This document shows positions 9,629 to 20,237 of a DNA stretch of 64,000 nt, piece by piece. This DNA is from Dehalococcoidia bacterium. GTDB taxonomy: Bacteria; Chloroflexota; Dehalococcoidia; SM23-28-2; RBG-16-64-32. The notes beneath the pieces are model-generated. The model was not told where the DNA came from. It made no database searches and saw nothing but the letters and a program-made list of their open reading frames with translations. Position numbers and translations under genes: made by a program. The stretch's first letter is position 1. Each line of letters starts with the position of its first letter. The stretch is taken from positions 544,001 through 608,000 of the forward strand of contig CAXXTF010000002.1 of NCBI GenBank assembly GCA_963665775.2, read 5' to 3'.

Positions 9629-10279
9629 GTGGACGTGCCTCTATTTCCCCTAAACTCCGTCCTTTTTCCGGGCGCCACACTGCCCCTGCACATCTTCGAG
9701 GCGCGATACAAGGAGATGATCCGCCGCTGCCTGGAGGAGAATATTCCCTTCGGCGTCACCTTGATCCGTAAGGGGAGCGAGGTAGGTGAACCGGCGGAAC
9801 CGTCTGAGGTGGGGACTCTGGCTCACATCACCCAGGTGCGTTACCTGGACGAGGGACGCATGAACCTGATCTGCCGGGGCGGGCAACGATTTCGTCTGCT
9901 GAAGACGCTCCACCAGACGCCCTACATCATGGGTGAGGTGGAGACCCTGTTGAGCGTGTCCCCGGACGATGCCAAGGCGCTGGAGCTGTCTGACACGGCA
10001 TCGGCCCTGTTCGGGGAGTACTACCGGCTGCATCTAGCCCTCTCCAATCAGTGGGCTCGCGTGCTGAGCATGCCTAGGGGCCCGGACGAGCTCGCCGACT
10101 TCATCGGCTGCCATTTAGAGATCGGTCTGTGGAGCAAGCAGAGGCTCCTGGAAGAGCTGTCGACGCCACGACGGCTGGAGATGGAGATCGAGATTCTGGC
10201 CAGTGCCGTTCGGGAGATGACGCCGCGGGTGGAGGAAGCTCGGTCTGCCCGCTGGCGCGACCTCGGCACGATAAACTAG
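9629..10279 (+). CDS. Lon N-terminal substrate-binding domain protein
   Basis: PLFPLNSVLFPGATLPLHIFEARY, KQRLLE. Confidence 0.9.
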   Translation: MDVPLFPLNSVLFPGATLPLHIFEARYKEMIRRCLEENIPFGVTLIRKGSEVGEPAEPSEVGTLAHITQVRYLDEGRMNLICRGGQRFRLLKTLHQTPYIMGEVETLLSVSPDDAKALELSDTASALFGEYYRLHLALSNQWARVLSMPRGPDELADFIGCHLEIGLWSKQRLLEELSTPRRLEMEIEILASAVREMTPRVEEARSARWRDLGTIN

Positions 10280-10298
10280 GATCTATACGGAGAGGTGA

Positions 10299-10973
10299 TC
10301 AAGACCCCGCCAGAAGGGTAGCTGCCCCCTCCCAGTCGGCGAAGTCCTCGAAGGTCAGCTGCGCGCCGCAGTCACGTAGCTCCTGGGCGCTATGGCGGCC
10401 GGTTGCCACCGCGATGGCAGTAGCCCCGTTGGCCAGCGCCGAGGAGACGTCATGAGGCGTATCGCCGATGATGAGCACGTCCCTGGGGCTGGCCCCATCG
10501 GCCCACCGCTGAATGGCCAGGCGGACGACCTCAGCCCGGTCTTCGCTCTCCTCGCCGAAGCCCCCTCCTACGAAGAAGTGATCGATGCCGTAGTACGCCA
10601 GCTTAAGGTGGGCGCCCTGACTAAAGTTGCCGGTGGCAAGGCCCAGCCGCAGGTGGGGGCGCTGGCTTAGCCTTTCCAACAGCTGTGGGAAGCCCGGCAT
10701 GAGCCGCCCCTTCTTCTCCTGGAGAGCAGCCGGTAGGAAGGCGATGTAACGGTTGGCAAACTCCGTCAGGTGCGCGTCCCGGTCTCCCTCGATTCGGTTC
10801 TGGCGGAGCGCCTCCGCGAAGATATAGCGGTCGGTGCGACCGGCAAGCTCCACCTTGGCCAGGCCATCATCGATCCCGTAAAGCTCCCGGAAGGTGTTCT
10901 CCATGGCGAAAACGCCGGCACCGCCGCTCCAGAGGAGGGTGTTGTCGATGTCGAACAGCAGAATCCTGGACAC
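10299..10973 (-). CDS. HAD-family hydrolase
   Basis: LLFDIDNTL, LATGN, IGDTPHD. Confidence 0.9.
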   Translation of the reverse strand: MSRILLFDIDNTLLWSGGAGVFAMENTFRELYGIDDGLAKVELAGRTDRYIFAEALRQNRIEGDRDAHLTEFANRYIAFLPAALQEKKGRLMPGFPQLLERLSQRPHLRLGLATGNFSQGAHLKLAYYGIDHFFVGGGFGEESEDRAEVVRLAIQRWADGASPRDVLIIGDTPHDVSSALANGATAIAVATGRHSAQELRDCGAQLTFEDFADWEGAATLLAGS

Positions 10974-11054
10974 GCTTAGCCGCTAGCCTTTCGGGCGGGG
11001 CGTCCGCAACACACCGTTAGCGGTGGCGTCGAGAAGGACCGGCTCACGCCGCGC

Positions 11055-11390
11055 TTACTTCTCCACGGGTAGGCCGGCCTTGATCCAGGCGTCAGTGCCG
11101 CCCTCAAGGTTGTACAGTCGGGTTACGCCGGCGGCGGCGGCCATCTCGCAGGCTAGCGCGCTGCGCTGGCCCACGGCGCACACGAAGATTATCTCCTTGT
11201 CCTGAGGGATCTCCTCACGGCGGGTGTAGACCGAAGCGACGGGTATATGTTTGGCCCCGGGAACATGGCCCCCGTTATACTCGTGGGGCTCGCGCACGTC
11301 GATGATGGCGACATCATCTTTGCTCAGCATCTCCCGCGCCTTCTTCGCATCGATTCGGGTGAAGGGCTCCTGTGGGTCCTTGGTGACCAT
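11055..11390 (-). CDS. Single-domain rhodanese
   Basis: IIDVREPHEY, GHVPGA, CAVGQRS, NLEGGTDAW. Confidence 0.9.
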   Translation of the reverse strand: MVTKDPQEPFTRIDAKKAREMLSKDDVAIIDVREPHEYNGGHVPGAKHIPVASVYTRREEIPQDKEIIFVCAVGQRSALACEMAAAAGVTRLYNLEGGTDAWIKAGLPVEK

Positions 11391-11473
11391 AGAGGGACCG
11401 CCTCCTATCTGTCGAGCACCTGATTTGGCACTTGGAATTCTCCTTACGAAATTGTAACATCGCCCAACCGTAA

Positions 11474-11501
11474 TTGACAGGCCCTCGCCCTCGCGTATGA
11501 T
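11474..11501 (+). promoter_or_regulatory. sigma70-type promoter
   Basis: TTGACA (11474-11479), 16 bp, TATGAT (11496-11501). Confidence 0.6.
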
Positions 11502-11507
11502 GACGAG

Positions 11508-11685
11508 CGGAGGTCTTCCACCGCCGGGTCACGTGTTCGCTTCTCGGGACTGTGACCGCGCAGCGGCGTTCCTACCGATATGACCGGCCCTACCACTATC
11601 GAGTGCGGCATTCAGATGGGTTCCTGCAACCCGCGCTCCGCCAGCGATGGCGAGCCGAGCCAGCGGCAGCGCACCGCTGCCGGCT
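11508..11685 (+). ncRNA. Candidate 6S RNA
   Basis: About 180 nt behind a near-consensus promoter; TGTTCGCT/AGCGGCA closing stem as in 6S RNA, CTCGG/CCGAG continuation, apical CACT-ATCG-AGTG hairpin; folded by eye only. Confidence 0.45.
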
Positions 11686-11690
11686 AAACG

Positions 11691-12698
11691 ATGCCGTCCC
11701 CCCGCGTCTATGTGACACGCCGCCTACCGGGCGGTGCGCTGCCCCTGCTGGCCCAAGGCGTGGATCTGCAGGTGTGGGACGGTGAGCTGCCCCCTCCCCG
11801 AGAAGACCTCATTCGCCAAGCAGCGACCTGCGACGCTCTTTTGACCCTCCTGACCGATCGGGTAGACGAGGAGCTGCTGGCGGCAGCACCACAGCTGCTC
11901 GTGGTCAGCAATATGGCCACTGGCTTCGATAACGTAGACGTGGCCGCCGCCAGCCGCAGGAATGTCCTGGTCACACGCACCCCGGGCGTTCTCAGCGAGA
12001 CGGTAGCCGACTTCACGTTCGCTCTGATCTTGGCGGCGGCGCGCCGGGTAGCAGAGGCGGATCGCTATGTGCGCAAGGGGCTGTGGAAGAGCTGGGGCCC
12101 GGAAGTGATGCTGGGACAAGACGTACACGGCGCCACACTGGGCATCGTCGGGCTGGGGGATGTGGGCGCGGAGGTGGCACGCCGGGGCCGCGGCTTCGGC
12201 ATGCGGGTGGTCTACCACAGCCGCACACCCCGGCCCGCCCTGGAGCGCCGCTACAGGCTTGAGTACCTCCCTCTGGACGAGCTGCTGCGGCAGGCCGACT
12301 TCGTTTCCCTTCACACGCCCTTGACGGACCAGACCAACCATCTGATAGGCCGGCGCGAGCTCGATCTGATGAAGCCCACGGCGGTGCTGGTGAACACAGG
12401 GCGCGGGCCGCTGGTGCAGGAAGCAGCTCTGTACGAGGCGCTTACCGAAGGAAAGATCGCGGCGGCGGCGCTGGACGTGGCGGACCCGGAACCCATGGCG
12501 CCGGACAACTCGCTGCTAACCCTGGACAACGTGATCGTGACCCCCCACATCGCCAGCGCCAGCGTAGCCACGCGATCACGTATGGCGATGCTGGCGGCCC
12601 AGAACCTGCTGACGGCGCTCCAGGGTAGGGTTCCGAAGGACACGGTTAATCCGGAGATCGGCCGCCGCTGGCGCGCCGCCTTCCGAAGCCGCCGCTGA
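11691..12698 (+). CDS. D-2-hydroxyacid dehydrogenase (glyoxylate/D-glycerate reductase family)
   Basis: GFDNVDV, GIVGLGDVG, LVNTGRG, ALDV..PEP, TPHIASAS. Confidence 0.92.
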   Translation: MPSPRVYVTRRLPGGALPLLAQGVDLQVWDGELPPPREDLIRQAATCDALLTLLTDRVDEELLAAAPQLLVVSNMATGFDNVDVAAASRRNVLVTRTPGVLSETVADFTFALILAAARRVAEADRYVRKGLWKSWGPEVMLGQDVHGATLGIVGLGDVGAEVARRGRGFGMRVVYHSRTPRPALERRYRLEYLPLDELLRQADFVSLHTPLTDQTNHLIGRRELDLMKPTAVLVNTGRGPLVQEAALYEALTEGKIAAAALDVADPEPMAPDNSLLTLDNVIVTPHIASASVATRSRMAMLAAQNLLTALQGRVPKDTVNPEIGRRWRAAFRSRR

Positions 12699-12811
12699 CG
12701 AGCTTCACGCCCAGCAGAGGAGCCACATGCGGCAACCCGGTCTCCGGCGACTGTATTGCCTGGGGTTGACACGCTATGATATACTCTGCGAACCTGGGCC
12801 CAAGAGGGGGG

Positions 12812-12888
<77 letters not shown>

Positions 12889-12889
12889 G

Positions 12890-12973
12890 GGGGAAGTGTC
12901 GGAATGGTAGACGAGCGTGATTTAGGATCACGTGCCGAAAGGCGTGGGGGTTCGAGTCCCCCCTTCCCCACCA
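12890..12973 (+). tRNA. tRNA-Leu(TAG)
   Basis: Acceptor GGGGAAG/CTTCCCC, anticodon arm CGTGA-TTTAGGA-TCACG, long variable arm, T loop TTCGAGT, encoded CCA. Confidence 0.96.
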
Positions 12974-13061
12974 CACTGAGCGGATTAGGTACCGCCTCCC
13001 GGCTCGCAACGGCGGACCGAGAGTCTCCCCCTCGTGGGAGTACGGTCATAAGGAGGAGCCC

Positions 13062-14069
13062 TTGGCAGAACCGCTCCTACGGGTAACAGGTCTCAAAACC
13101 CAATTCAACACTGAGGAAGGCATCGTCAAAGCCGTCGACGGCGTCTCCTTCGATATCCAGGCCGGGGAGATCCTAGGGCTCGTGGGCGAGAGCGGCTGCG
13201 GCAAGAGTGTCAGCGCCCTCTCTATCCTTCGGCTCATCCCTAACCCACCCGGCAAGATCGTCTCCGGCGAGGTCATCTTCGAGGGAGAGGACATGCGCGA
13301 AATGTCCGAGTCCGAGATTCGGCACGTTCGCGGCAACAAGATCGCCATGATCTTCCAGGAACCGATGACCTCCCTCAACCCTGTCCTCACCATCGGCCGT
13401 CAGATCACCGAGACCCTGGAACTCCACATGAAGATGAATCGCCGCGCCGCCACCGATCGCGCTGTGGAGCTGCTAACCATGGTGGGAATACCGGACGCCC
13501 GCGCCCGCATCGGCGACTATCCGCATCAGTTCTCCGGTGGCATGCGCCAGCGGGTCATGATCGCCATGGCCCTCTCCTGCGACCCCAAGCTTCTCCTGGC
13601 TGACGAGCCCACGACCGCTCTCGACGTTACTATCCAGGCCCAGATACTTGACATCTTGACCCGCCTCACCCACGAACTCGGTACCGCCGTCATCATCATC
13701 ACGCACAACCTGGGCGTAGTCGCCCGATACGCCGCCCGCGTGAACGTGATGTACGCGGGCAAGATCGTTGAGTCGGCAAACGCCGATGAGCTCTACCGTA
13801 ATCCCAGGCACCCCTATACTCTCGGCTTGCTCAAATCCGTACCCCGCCTTGACGAGAAGCTCAAGACGAAGCTGGATCCTATAGATGGGATGCCTCCGGA
13901 CCTGGTCAACCTGCCCGCCGGCTGTTCCTTCCAACCCCGCTGCGTCTTCGCCGTTGACCGATGCAGGGAGGAAAGCCCATCCCTCATGGCCGTCGCTAAC
14001 GAGCACCACAGCGCCTGTTGGGAATGGGAGCGAGTGGCGGAGGCAGGCAAGGCAGCCGCACCCGCTTAG
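13062..14069 (+). CDS. oppD: Oligopeptide/dipeptide ABC transporter ATPase (OppD/DppD)
   Basis: GESGCGKS, IFQEPMTSLNP, FSGGMRQR, DEPTTALD, C-terminal Cys motif; AAGGAGG RBS, TTG start. Confidence 0.93.
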   Translation: MAEPLLRVTGLKTQFNTEEGIVKAVDGVSFDIQAGEILGLVGESGCGKSVSALSILRLIPNPPGKIVSGEVIFEGEDMREMSESEIRHVRGNKIAMIFQEPMTSLNPVLTIGRQITETLELHMKMNRRAATDRAVELLTMVGIPDARARIGDYPHQFSGGMRQRVMIAMALSCDPKLLLADEPTTALDVTIQAQILDILTRLTHELGTAVIIITHNLGVVARYAARVNVMYAGKIVESANADELYRNPRHPYTLGLLKSVPRLDEKLKTKLDPIDGMPPDLVNLPAGCSFQPRCVFAVDRCREESPSLMAVANEHHSACWEWERVAEAGKAAAPA

Positions 14070-14081
14070 AAGAGGTAGCAC

Positions 14082-15110
14082 ATGGCTCAAGAACAAGTCT
14101 CACAGACCCCCGCCTCTGGCCCCGATGGCGATGTCCTGGTCGATATCCGGGACATAAAGATGTACTTTCCGGTTACCGCCGGCCTCATCTTTCAGCACAA
14201 GGTAGCCGACGTTAAGGCCGTGGACGGCGCTACCTTCCAGATCCGCCGTGGCGAGACCTTCGGACTGGTGGGAGAGAGCGGCTGCGGCAAGACCACCCTC
14301 GGTCGTTTGGCCCTTCTCCTGTACAAGCCCACCGGCGGCAGCATCCACTTCGAGGGCCGAGACCTTGCCAAGCTGAAAAGCGGCGAACTCCGCCGCATGC
14401 GCCGCCACATGCAGATGATCTTCCAGGACCCGTACGCCTCTCTGAACCCCCGCATGAGCGTCGGCAGCATCATAGCTGAGCCCATCATAATCCATAATCT
14501 CGCCAGGAGCCGCAGGGAGCGACGCGAGCGCGTCCAGGAGCTCATGCAGACCGTCGGCCTCAACCCCTACTACGCCAACCGCTACCCGCACGAGTTCTCG
14601 GGCGGGCAGCGACAGCGCATCGGCATCGCCCGCGCCCTCGCCGTCGAGCCCGACTTCGTAGTCGCCGATGAGCCTATCTCTGCCCTCGACGTCTCGATCC
14701 AGGCCCAGATCATCAACCTCATGCAGGATCTCCAGGACCAGTTCAACCTCACCTACCTCTTCATCGCCCACGACCTATCAGTTGTCCGTCATATCAGCAA
14801 CCGCGTCGGCGTCATGTACCTGGGCAAGCTCATGGAACTGACCGACCGCGATGAGTTGTATGAGAATCCGCTCCATCCCTACACCAGGGCCCTCCTCTCC
14901 GCCGTCCCCATTCCTGACCCCGCTATCGAAGCGACCCGCGAGCGTATCATCCTTCACGGCGACGTGCCCAGTCCCATGAGGCCACCACCTGGCTGTGTAT
15001 TCCACACCCGCTGTCCCATCGCCATCGACGAGTGCAAGCAGGCCGTCCCGGAATGGCGCCGAGTGGACAGGGGCGGCAAGGAACACTGGGTAGCCTGCAT
15101 CAGGGTCTAG
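14082..15110 (+). CDS. oppF: Oligopeptide/dipeptide ABC transporter ATPase (OppF/DppF)
   Basis: [39 protein letters not shown]. Confidence 0.93.
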   Translation: MAQEQVSQTPASGPDGDVLVDIRDIKMYFPVTAGLIFQHKVADVKAVDGATFQIRRGETFGLVGESGCGKTTLGRLALLLYKPTGGSIHFEGRDLAKLKSGELRRMRRHMQMIFQDPYASLNPRMSVGSIIAEPIIIHNLARSRRERRERVQELMQTVGLNPYYANRYPHEFSGGQRQRIGIARALAVEPDFVVADEPISALDVSIQAQIINLMQDLQDQFNLTYLFIAHDLSVVRHISNRVGVMYLGKLMELTDRDELYENPLHPYTRALLSAVPIPDPAIEATRERIILHGDVPSPMRPPPGCVFHTRCPIAIDECKQAVPEWRRVDRGGKEHWVACIRV

Positions 15111-15244
15111 CCGGTACGACGGTCTCTGGCGGCAGGTGCATAGGGAGCTTCCGACGATTGCGTCTGAATAGGGGATGTCACCGTCTCCGAACGAGAGGCC
15201 GCCAGTCGCGGCTGCAGTTCACATAACGCGCCCCGGCCTCTAAC

Positions 15245-16948
15245 CCCGAATCCACCGAAGGACACGGATGGACGGCGTGAGGACAGCGGAAGGGGGTGGG
15301 TGAGGGAGCTACAGGGGAGATGGCCTGGGGTCTTGGGGTAGATGGGAGGCCGGCGGACGGTCTTCAGTCGCCGCACAGGGCCCCTAAGGCCCTATGCGGG
15401 AGTTGCGATGCGCGGGATGGCGAGAGGATACGCAGCAGGGGACTCTCGCGACCGGGGTGGCGCGAGATTGCGGGGACGTTGGGTCAGTTGCAGGCTGGCC
15501 GTCAGGCCGGGAATGGAATGGCTTGCAGCCGGGCCAAGGCGCGACTGAACTGGGTTTCCCAAGGCCAGCGCCGGGGGAGATGCAAAGTGAGGCGGCGCGC
15601 CGAGCGGGTGATCCGTCCCACGAGAGCGAAGACCCGCCGCCTGAGGGTCTTGGTGGTCACGATCTGCTGACCCAGGCCGATGCGGGCTGTCCAGCGGGCC
15701 AGGTTATGCGCCATCACCTGGACCGCCAGCCAGGCGCCGTTGGCGGCGAAGCGCCCCGACGGCATGTGGTTCAGCCCGACGCCGTACTTGAGGTCGCGTA
15801 TGGCGTTCTCGACCTCGGCGTGGCGGCGATGATCGGCCTCCAGTTCCAGCGTCTCCCCATCGCGGTCGGTGATGAAGGCGTGATAGCTGTATCTGGCGAA
15901 GAGGGCGAGCTGGGAACCGGGCGTCGGCTTCACCCGCCGGACAATGAGCCGCACCGGCGCGGCGTCCGGCTTGGTCTGGAACGGGGTGTAAGTCGTCTCG
16001 GCGACATCGGCGGCGCCGTCCATCCAGTAGGGAATGGGAGTCCAGTCCTCCTCTGGTATCGCCTCGATCAGGTCCCGCAGGCTGGCGCGCTGGCGGATGG
16101 TGATAGAGAAGCGGACATCCATTTCCCGGCAGGCGGCAACGACAGTGTGGGCGTAGAAGCCGCTGTCGGCCCGCACCGTGAGTTGTCCCCTGGCCCCGCC
16201 GTAGCGCACCCGCCCCACCGTCTCACGCAGGAAGTGGGCGGCGCCACGGGCGGTGTTGGCCCGGCCCTCGCGCAGCCGGGACATCAGCACCTCGCCGGTG
16301 CCGGCGGCAATGGCCAGCAGCGGGTGATAGCCGCGGGCGCCGGTATAGCCGTGGTGGCGCGCTCCCTCCTTGGCCAGTCCATAGGTCTCGCAGATGGTCG
16401 AGTCCAGGTCGATGGTCAGGGGCGAGTCGCCGGGTCCGGCCCCAGCGGCCCAGGCCCGGGCCAACAACTGGCGGCTCACGCGGTCGAGTTGACGGACATG
16501 CCCCCACCGAAAGCTGCGCAGGAAGGTCCCCAGGGTGGATGGCGCCTTGACCACGCAGCCTAGAACACCGACCGTCCCACCAGCGCGCAGCGCATCGGCG
16601 TCGTCGATGCAGTCGCCGCCTGCCAGCGCGGAAGCGACCAGCGTCAGCATCTTGTCCCCAGTGTTCGCCCGTCCCGGCGCTCCGCCGAGGTCAAGGTGAT
16701 GGTCGACGAGTTCCCGCAGGCCCAGGTGCCGGGCTAGGGTGGCTGGCAGGAGCAGGCCGGCATTGGCCACCAGGCGATGGTCGTCAAAGAGGATGCGGAT
16801 ACGGTCGGGTTTGTTCTGTGGCAGCATCTATTGGGTGCTCCTTGTTTCCGGGCTGGTTTCTGTTCCAAAACCATTATCCCAGATTCAGAGGAGCACCCTC
16901 TGCCTTCTTCAAGGGCTGTCCCCAAGGCCGTCCTTCGGTGGATTCGGG
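15245..16948 (-). mobile_element. IS1380-family insertion sequence (1,704 bp)
   Basis: Perfect 19-bp IRs CCCGAATCCACCGAAGGAC (15245-15263 and 16930-16948); 5-bp TSD CTAAC at 15240-15244 and 16949-16953. Confidence 0.93.
15502..16827 (-). CDS. IS1380-family DDE transposase
   Basis: [47 protein letters not shown]. Confidence 0.95.
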   Translation of the reverse strand: MLPQNKPDRIRILFDDHRLVANAGLLLPATLARHLGLRELVDHHLDLGGAPGRANTGDKMLTLVASALAGGDCIDDADALRAGGTVGVLGCVVKAPSTLGTFLRSFRWGHVRQLDRVSRQLLARAWAAGAGPGDSPLTIDLDSTICETYGLAKEGARHHGYTGARGYHPLLAIAAGTGEVLMSRLREGRANTARGAAHFLRETVGRVRYGGARGQLTVRADSGFYAHTVVAACREMDVRFSITIRQRASLRDLIEAIPEEDWTPIPYWMDGAADVAETTYTPFQTKPDAAPVRLIVRRVKPTPGSQLALFARYSYHAFITDRDGETLELEADHRRHAEVENAIRDLKYGVGLNHMPSGRFAANGAWLAVQVMAHNLARWTARIGLGQQIVTTKTLRRRVFALVGRITRSARRLTLHLPRRWPWETQFSRALARLQAIPFPA

Positions 16949-16987
16949 CTAACCGGTAGCCTCCTCCTCTGCTACGATAGCTCCAGC

Positions 16988-18811
16988 ATGGAACAATCGC
17001 TTGTCCGCAACTTTTCCATCATCGCGCATATAGATCACGGTAAGTCCACCCTGGCCGACCGCCTCCTGGAGATCACCGGCGCCATCCCGCCACGCCAGAT
17101 GGCCGCGCAGGTGCTTGACCAGATGGAGCTAGAGCGCGAACGCGGCATCACCATAAAGGCCACCGCTGTCCGAATGGACTACCGGGCCGCCGATGGCCGA
17201 AACTACCAGCTCAACCTCATCGACACCCCAGGCCACGTCGACTTCACTTACGAGGTCTCCCGCGCCCTCGTCGCCTGCGAGGGGGCGATCCTCGTCGTCG
17301 ATGCCTCCCAGGGGATCGAAGCCCAGACCCTGGCCAACGTGTATATGGCTCTCGAACACGACCTCACCGTCATCCCTGTGATCAACAAGGTGGACCTGAC
17401 CGCCGCGGAGCCGGAGCGCGTCGCTCAGGCGCTCGTGGAGGCCATCGGCTTCGCTCAGGAGGAAGTCCTGTTCGTCTCCGCCAAAGAGGGCAGCGGCATC
17501 CCTGATCTCCTGGAAGCCATCGTCGCCCGCATCCCCCCACCCACCGGCGATGCGGCCGCCCCGCTGCGAGCCCTCATCTTCGACTCCATATACGATCCGT
17601 ATAAGGGCGTCGTCGCCTACGTCCGCATAGTCGACGGCGACCTCACCGCTCGCCAGAAGCTACGCCTCATGGCTACCGACCACCCTCTGGAACCGCTTGA
17701 GGTGGGCGTCCTCCGGCCGTCCCTCGCCTCCACTGGAGCCCTCTCCACCGGCGAGGTCGGCTACGTGGCCACCGGCCTCAAGACCGTCCGCGATTGCCAT
17801 GTGGGCGACACTATTACCGATGACGCCCAGCCGGCCGATATGCCCCTCACCGGCTACCAGCCCGCCAAGCCCATGGTCTTCGCCGGCCTCTATCCGTCCA
17901 ACGCCGAGAATTACGAGGCCCTCCGCGACGCCATGGAGAAGCTCCAGCTCAACGACGCTGCCCTCCAGTACCAGCCCGAATCTTCTATAGCCCTCGGTCC
18001 CGGCTTTCGGGCCGGCTTCCTTGGCCTCCTCCATATGGACATCGTCCAGGAGCGGCTGGAGCGAGAGTATGACCTCGACCTCCTGGCGACATCTCCCTCC
18101 GTCGAATACTGCGTCGAGCTGACGGACGGGAGCGAGCTCCCCGTCGACTCCCCAGCCGACATGCCCGACCCCAGCAGGATCGCCCGCGTGCTCGCGCCCT
18201 GGATGAAGGTCTCCATCGTCTGCCCGGACCGTTACATCGGTGCCGTCATGGAGCTGGTCACCGGCCGCCGCGGCGACTTCCTCAAGATGGACTACCTGGA
18301 GCACGAGCCGTCCGCCCGCTCGGGGGAGCGCCGAGTGCTCCTGGAGTACAAGATGCCCCTCTCCGAGATGCTGGTGGACTTCTACGACCTGCTCAAGTCG
18401 CGCACTCAGGGCTACGCCAGCATGGACTACAGCTTCGCGGATTACGCGCCGGAGCGGTTAGTCAAGCTAGATGTTCTGATTAACGGCGTCCCCGTTGACG
18501 CCTTGAGCCTCCTCGTCCATCAGGAGAATGCGCAGCAGCAGGGGCGAGCCCTGGTGGAGAAGCTGCGCTCCCTCATCCCGCGACAGATGTTCGAGGTGCC
18601 GATACAGGCGGCGATAGGCGGCCGCGTCGTCGCCCGCGAGACGGTGCGAGCCATGCGAAAGAACGTGCTGGCCAAGTGCTACGGCGGCGACGTGACCCGC
18701 AAGCGGAAGCTGCTGGAGAAGCAGCGCGAGGGGAAGAAGCGCATGAAACGAGTGGGCAACGTGGAGATTCCCCAGGAGGCGTTCATGTCGCTACTGCGCA
18801 TCGGTAAGTAG
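16988..18811 (+). CDS. lepA: Elongation factor 4 (LepA)
   Basis: [52 protein letters not shown]; true start ATG 16988. Confidence 0.98.
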   Translation: MEQSLVRNFSIIAHIDHGKSTLADRLLEITGAIPPRQMAAQVLDQMELERERGITIKATAVRMDYRAADGRNYQLNLIDTPGHVDFTYEVSRALVACEGAILVVDASQGIEAQTLANVYMALEHDLTVIPVINKVDLTAAEPERVAQALVEAIGFAQEEVLFVSAKEGSGIPDLLEAIVARIPPPTGDAAAPLRALIFDSIYDPYKGVVAYVRIVDGDLTARQKLRLMATDHPLEPLEVGVLRPSLASTGALSTGEVGYVATGLKTVRDCHVGDTITDDAQPADMPLTGYQPAKPMVFAGLYPSNAENYEALRDAMEKLQLNDAALQYQPESSIALGPGFRAGFLGLLHMDIVQERLEREYDLDLLATSPSVEYCVELTDGSELPVDSPADMPDPSRIARVLAPWMKVSIVCPDRYIGAVMELVTGRRGDFLKMDYLEHEPSARSGERRVLLEYKMPLSEMLVDFYDLLKSRTQGYASMDYSFADYAPERLVKLDVLINGVPVDALSLLVHQENAQQQGRALVEKLRSLIPRQMFEVPIQAAIGGRVVARETVRAMRKNVLAKCYGGDVTRKRKLLEKQREGKKRMKRVGNVEIPQEAFMSLLRIGK

Positions 18812-18833
18812 GCATTACGGAGAGCGTTGCGTC

Positions 18834-19046
18834 ATGAAGGGCCCTCGCGGCATCAGCGACGAGGTGGTGCGGGCCAGAACGGGGAAGGGCTCCGACGAAT
18901 GGTACCGGCTGCTGGACGAGTGGGGCGCCGCGGACAGGGGCCATACGCTCACGGCCAGGCATCTGGCCCAGGAGTACGGTCTCTCCCCCTGGTGGGCGCA
19001 ATGCGTGACGATCCGCTACGAGTGGGAGAAGGGGCTAAGGGACTAG
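18834..19046 (+). CDS. Small DUF4287-like helical protein
   Basis: RTGK..EW..LL, H...ARHL..EYGLSPWWAQ pattern. Confidence 0.6.
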   Translation: MKGPRGISDEVVRARTGKGSDEWYRLLDEWGAADRGHTLTARHLAQEYGLSPWWAQCVTIRYEWEKGLRD

Positions 19047-19453
19047 GCTTGGCGAAGCCCCCGCGCCCGCTCGATAAGCTCCGGCAACTCCTCCACCAAC
19101 TGCGAGCGCGCCACCACCACGTCGCAGCCCGCACGACGAGCGTCGCGCAGCAGCTCCGGCTTGGTGTGCTGGCCGAAGGCGAGCACAGGTATGGGGCCGG
19201 CAGTGGGATCTTTGGCCGCCGCCACCACATCTTCCCATCGGAGGTCGTCGGCCTGCAGGTCCAGGACCAGTAGCGCCGCCGGCCCTGAGCGGAGCGCCTG
19301 GCGAGCCTCCTCAGCGGTGTCGGCGACAGCGACCTCGTAGCCGAGTGCCTTTGCCCCCTCGGTGACGCGGGAGAGCCGCATGAGATCGGTAGCCACCACA
19401 ACCAAGCGCCGCGGCGCATCAGCGTCGGCGCCGGAAACCTCGGTCACGTCCAA
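19043..19453 (-). CDS. Atypical single-domain response regulator (receiver fold)
   Basis: LLVLDL phospho-site strand, PIPVLAFGQH, AGCDVVV; Arg where receivers usually have the conserved Lys. Confidence 0.7.
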   Translation of the reverse strand: MDVTEVSGADADAPRRLVVVATDLMRLSRVTEGAKALGYEVAVADTAEEARQALRSGPAALLVLDLQADDLRWEDVVAAAKDPTAGPIPVLAFGQHTKPELLRDARRAGCDVVVARSQLVEELPELIERARGLRQA

Positions 19454-19466
19454 CCTCGGCTGCCCA

Positions 19467-19688
19467 TCAGGGATGCCCTTCCAGCCGCCTGTAATCCTTC
19501 ATGCAGAGCAAGCGCAGCCGTTTCTCCGGGACGCCATCCATCTGCTTCCAGGAGCCCGGGCCAATCATGATCTGGCTGCCGCAGGTTGCACACTCGCCTG
19601 CCGGCTTGCTCCCATCGATCATATCGATGTTCTGCTCGGCCAGGTCAGCCTCCGTGAATCCCACGATGAGAACCTTGTCATCGCTCAT
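19467..19688 (-). CDS. Small hypothetical protein with CxxC
   Basis: GGGGAG RBS and upstream TATACT; CATC...LCMKD. Confidence 0.55.
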   Translation of the reverse strand: MSDDKVLIVGFTEADLAEQNIDMIDGSKPAGECATCGSQIMIGPGSWKQMDGVPEKRLRLLCMKDYRRLEGHP

Positions 19689-19808
19689 TGTGTGCTCCCC
19701 CCTAGCGGCTTTGCACCCAGTATAACATGGTGAGGGAGCGTAATTTCGACTCCATAATGTGTCGCCAGCCTCTCGTAAAACGACACCATAAGGCGTAAAA
19801 TACGCTGC

Positions 19809-20237
19809 ATGAGTAGCGCAAAACGGGAACGGCCTGAGATCGACGTTTCCTTGCTGGACCGGGTGGCATCCCTTCCCCCCTCAGCACAGAGGTGGCTGAA
19901 GGCGGCCTTGGAGGCGATCGAGACGATCGACACGATCGAGACGATCGACCCGGCGGCGGAGCAGGAGGAGGCGAAACGCCAGCCTCCCGCCGAGATGCCG
20001 CCTCCGCCAAGTCGCCGCGTGGGCCTGGACGACATGCTGAGCGGCGACGCCGATCTGAGCGAGCTGGAAGAGGCCTACCCTGAGCTGATCGAGGAGCTAC
20101 GGGACATCGCTGACATAGCCAGCCTGCTGCAAGACGCAGGCCGCGCTCGACGCAGCCTGGGCGAGCGGATCCTCCGGGAGCAGATCCTCGGAGACCAAGA
20201 GCCCGATGAAGAGCGAGAGCCCGAAGAGGACGGCTAG
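19809..20237 (+). CDS. Acidic hypothetical protein
   Basis: TAAAAT 7 nt before ATG; 9-bp tandem repeat encoding EAI-ETI-DTI-ETI. Confidence 0.6.
   Translation: MSSAKRERPEIDVSLLDRVASLPPSAQRWLKAALEAIETIDTIETIDPAAEQEEAKRQPPAEMPPPPSRRVGLDDMLSGDADLSELEEAYPELIEELRDIADIASLLQDAGRARRSLGERILREQILGDQEPDEEREPEEDG

Noticed and set aside
11506-11643. tRNA-Sec or tmRNA (ends in CTCCGCCA)
   Set aside because: No full acceptor stem, no canonical T loop, no TCA anticodon arm or tag frame
15394-16563. 389-aa + strand ORF inside IS1380
   Set aside because: Antisense shadow of the transposase in GC-rich DNA; no motifs
16739-16987. 83-aa N-terminal extension of LepA in the ORF track
   Set aside because: Frame runs through the IS end by chance; conserved LepA sequence begins at ATG 16988 behind a -10 box
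19283-19296. CCCTGAGCGGAGCG as another intragenic REP copy
   Set aside because: Only about 12 nt match and lacks the CGAAGGG arm; compatible with chance
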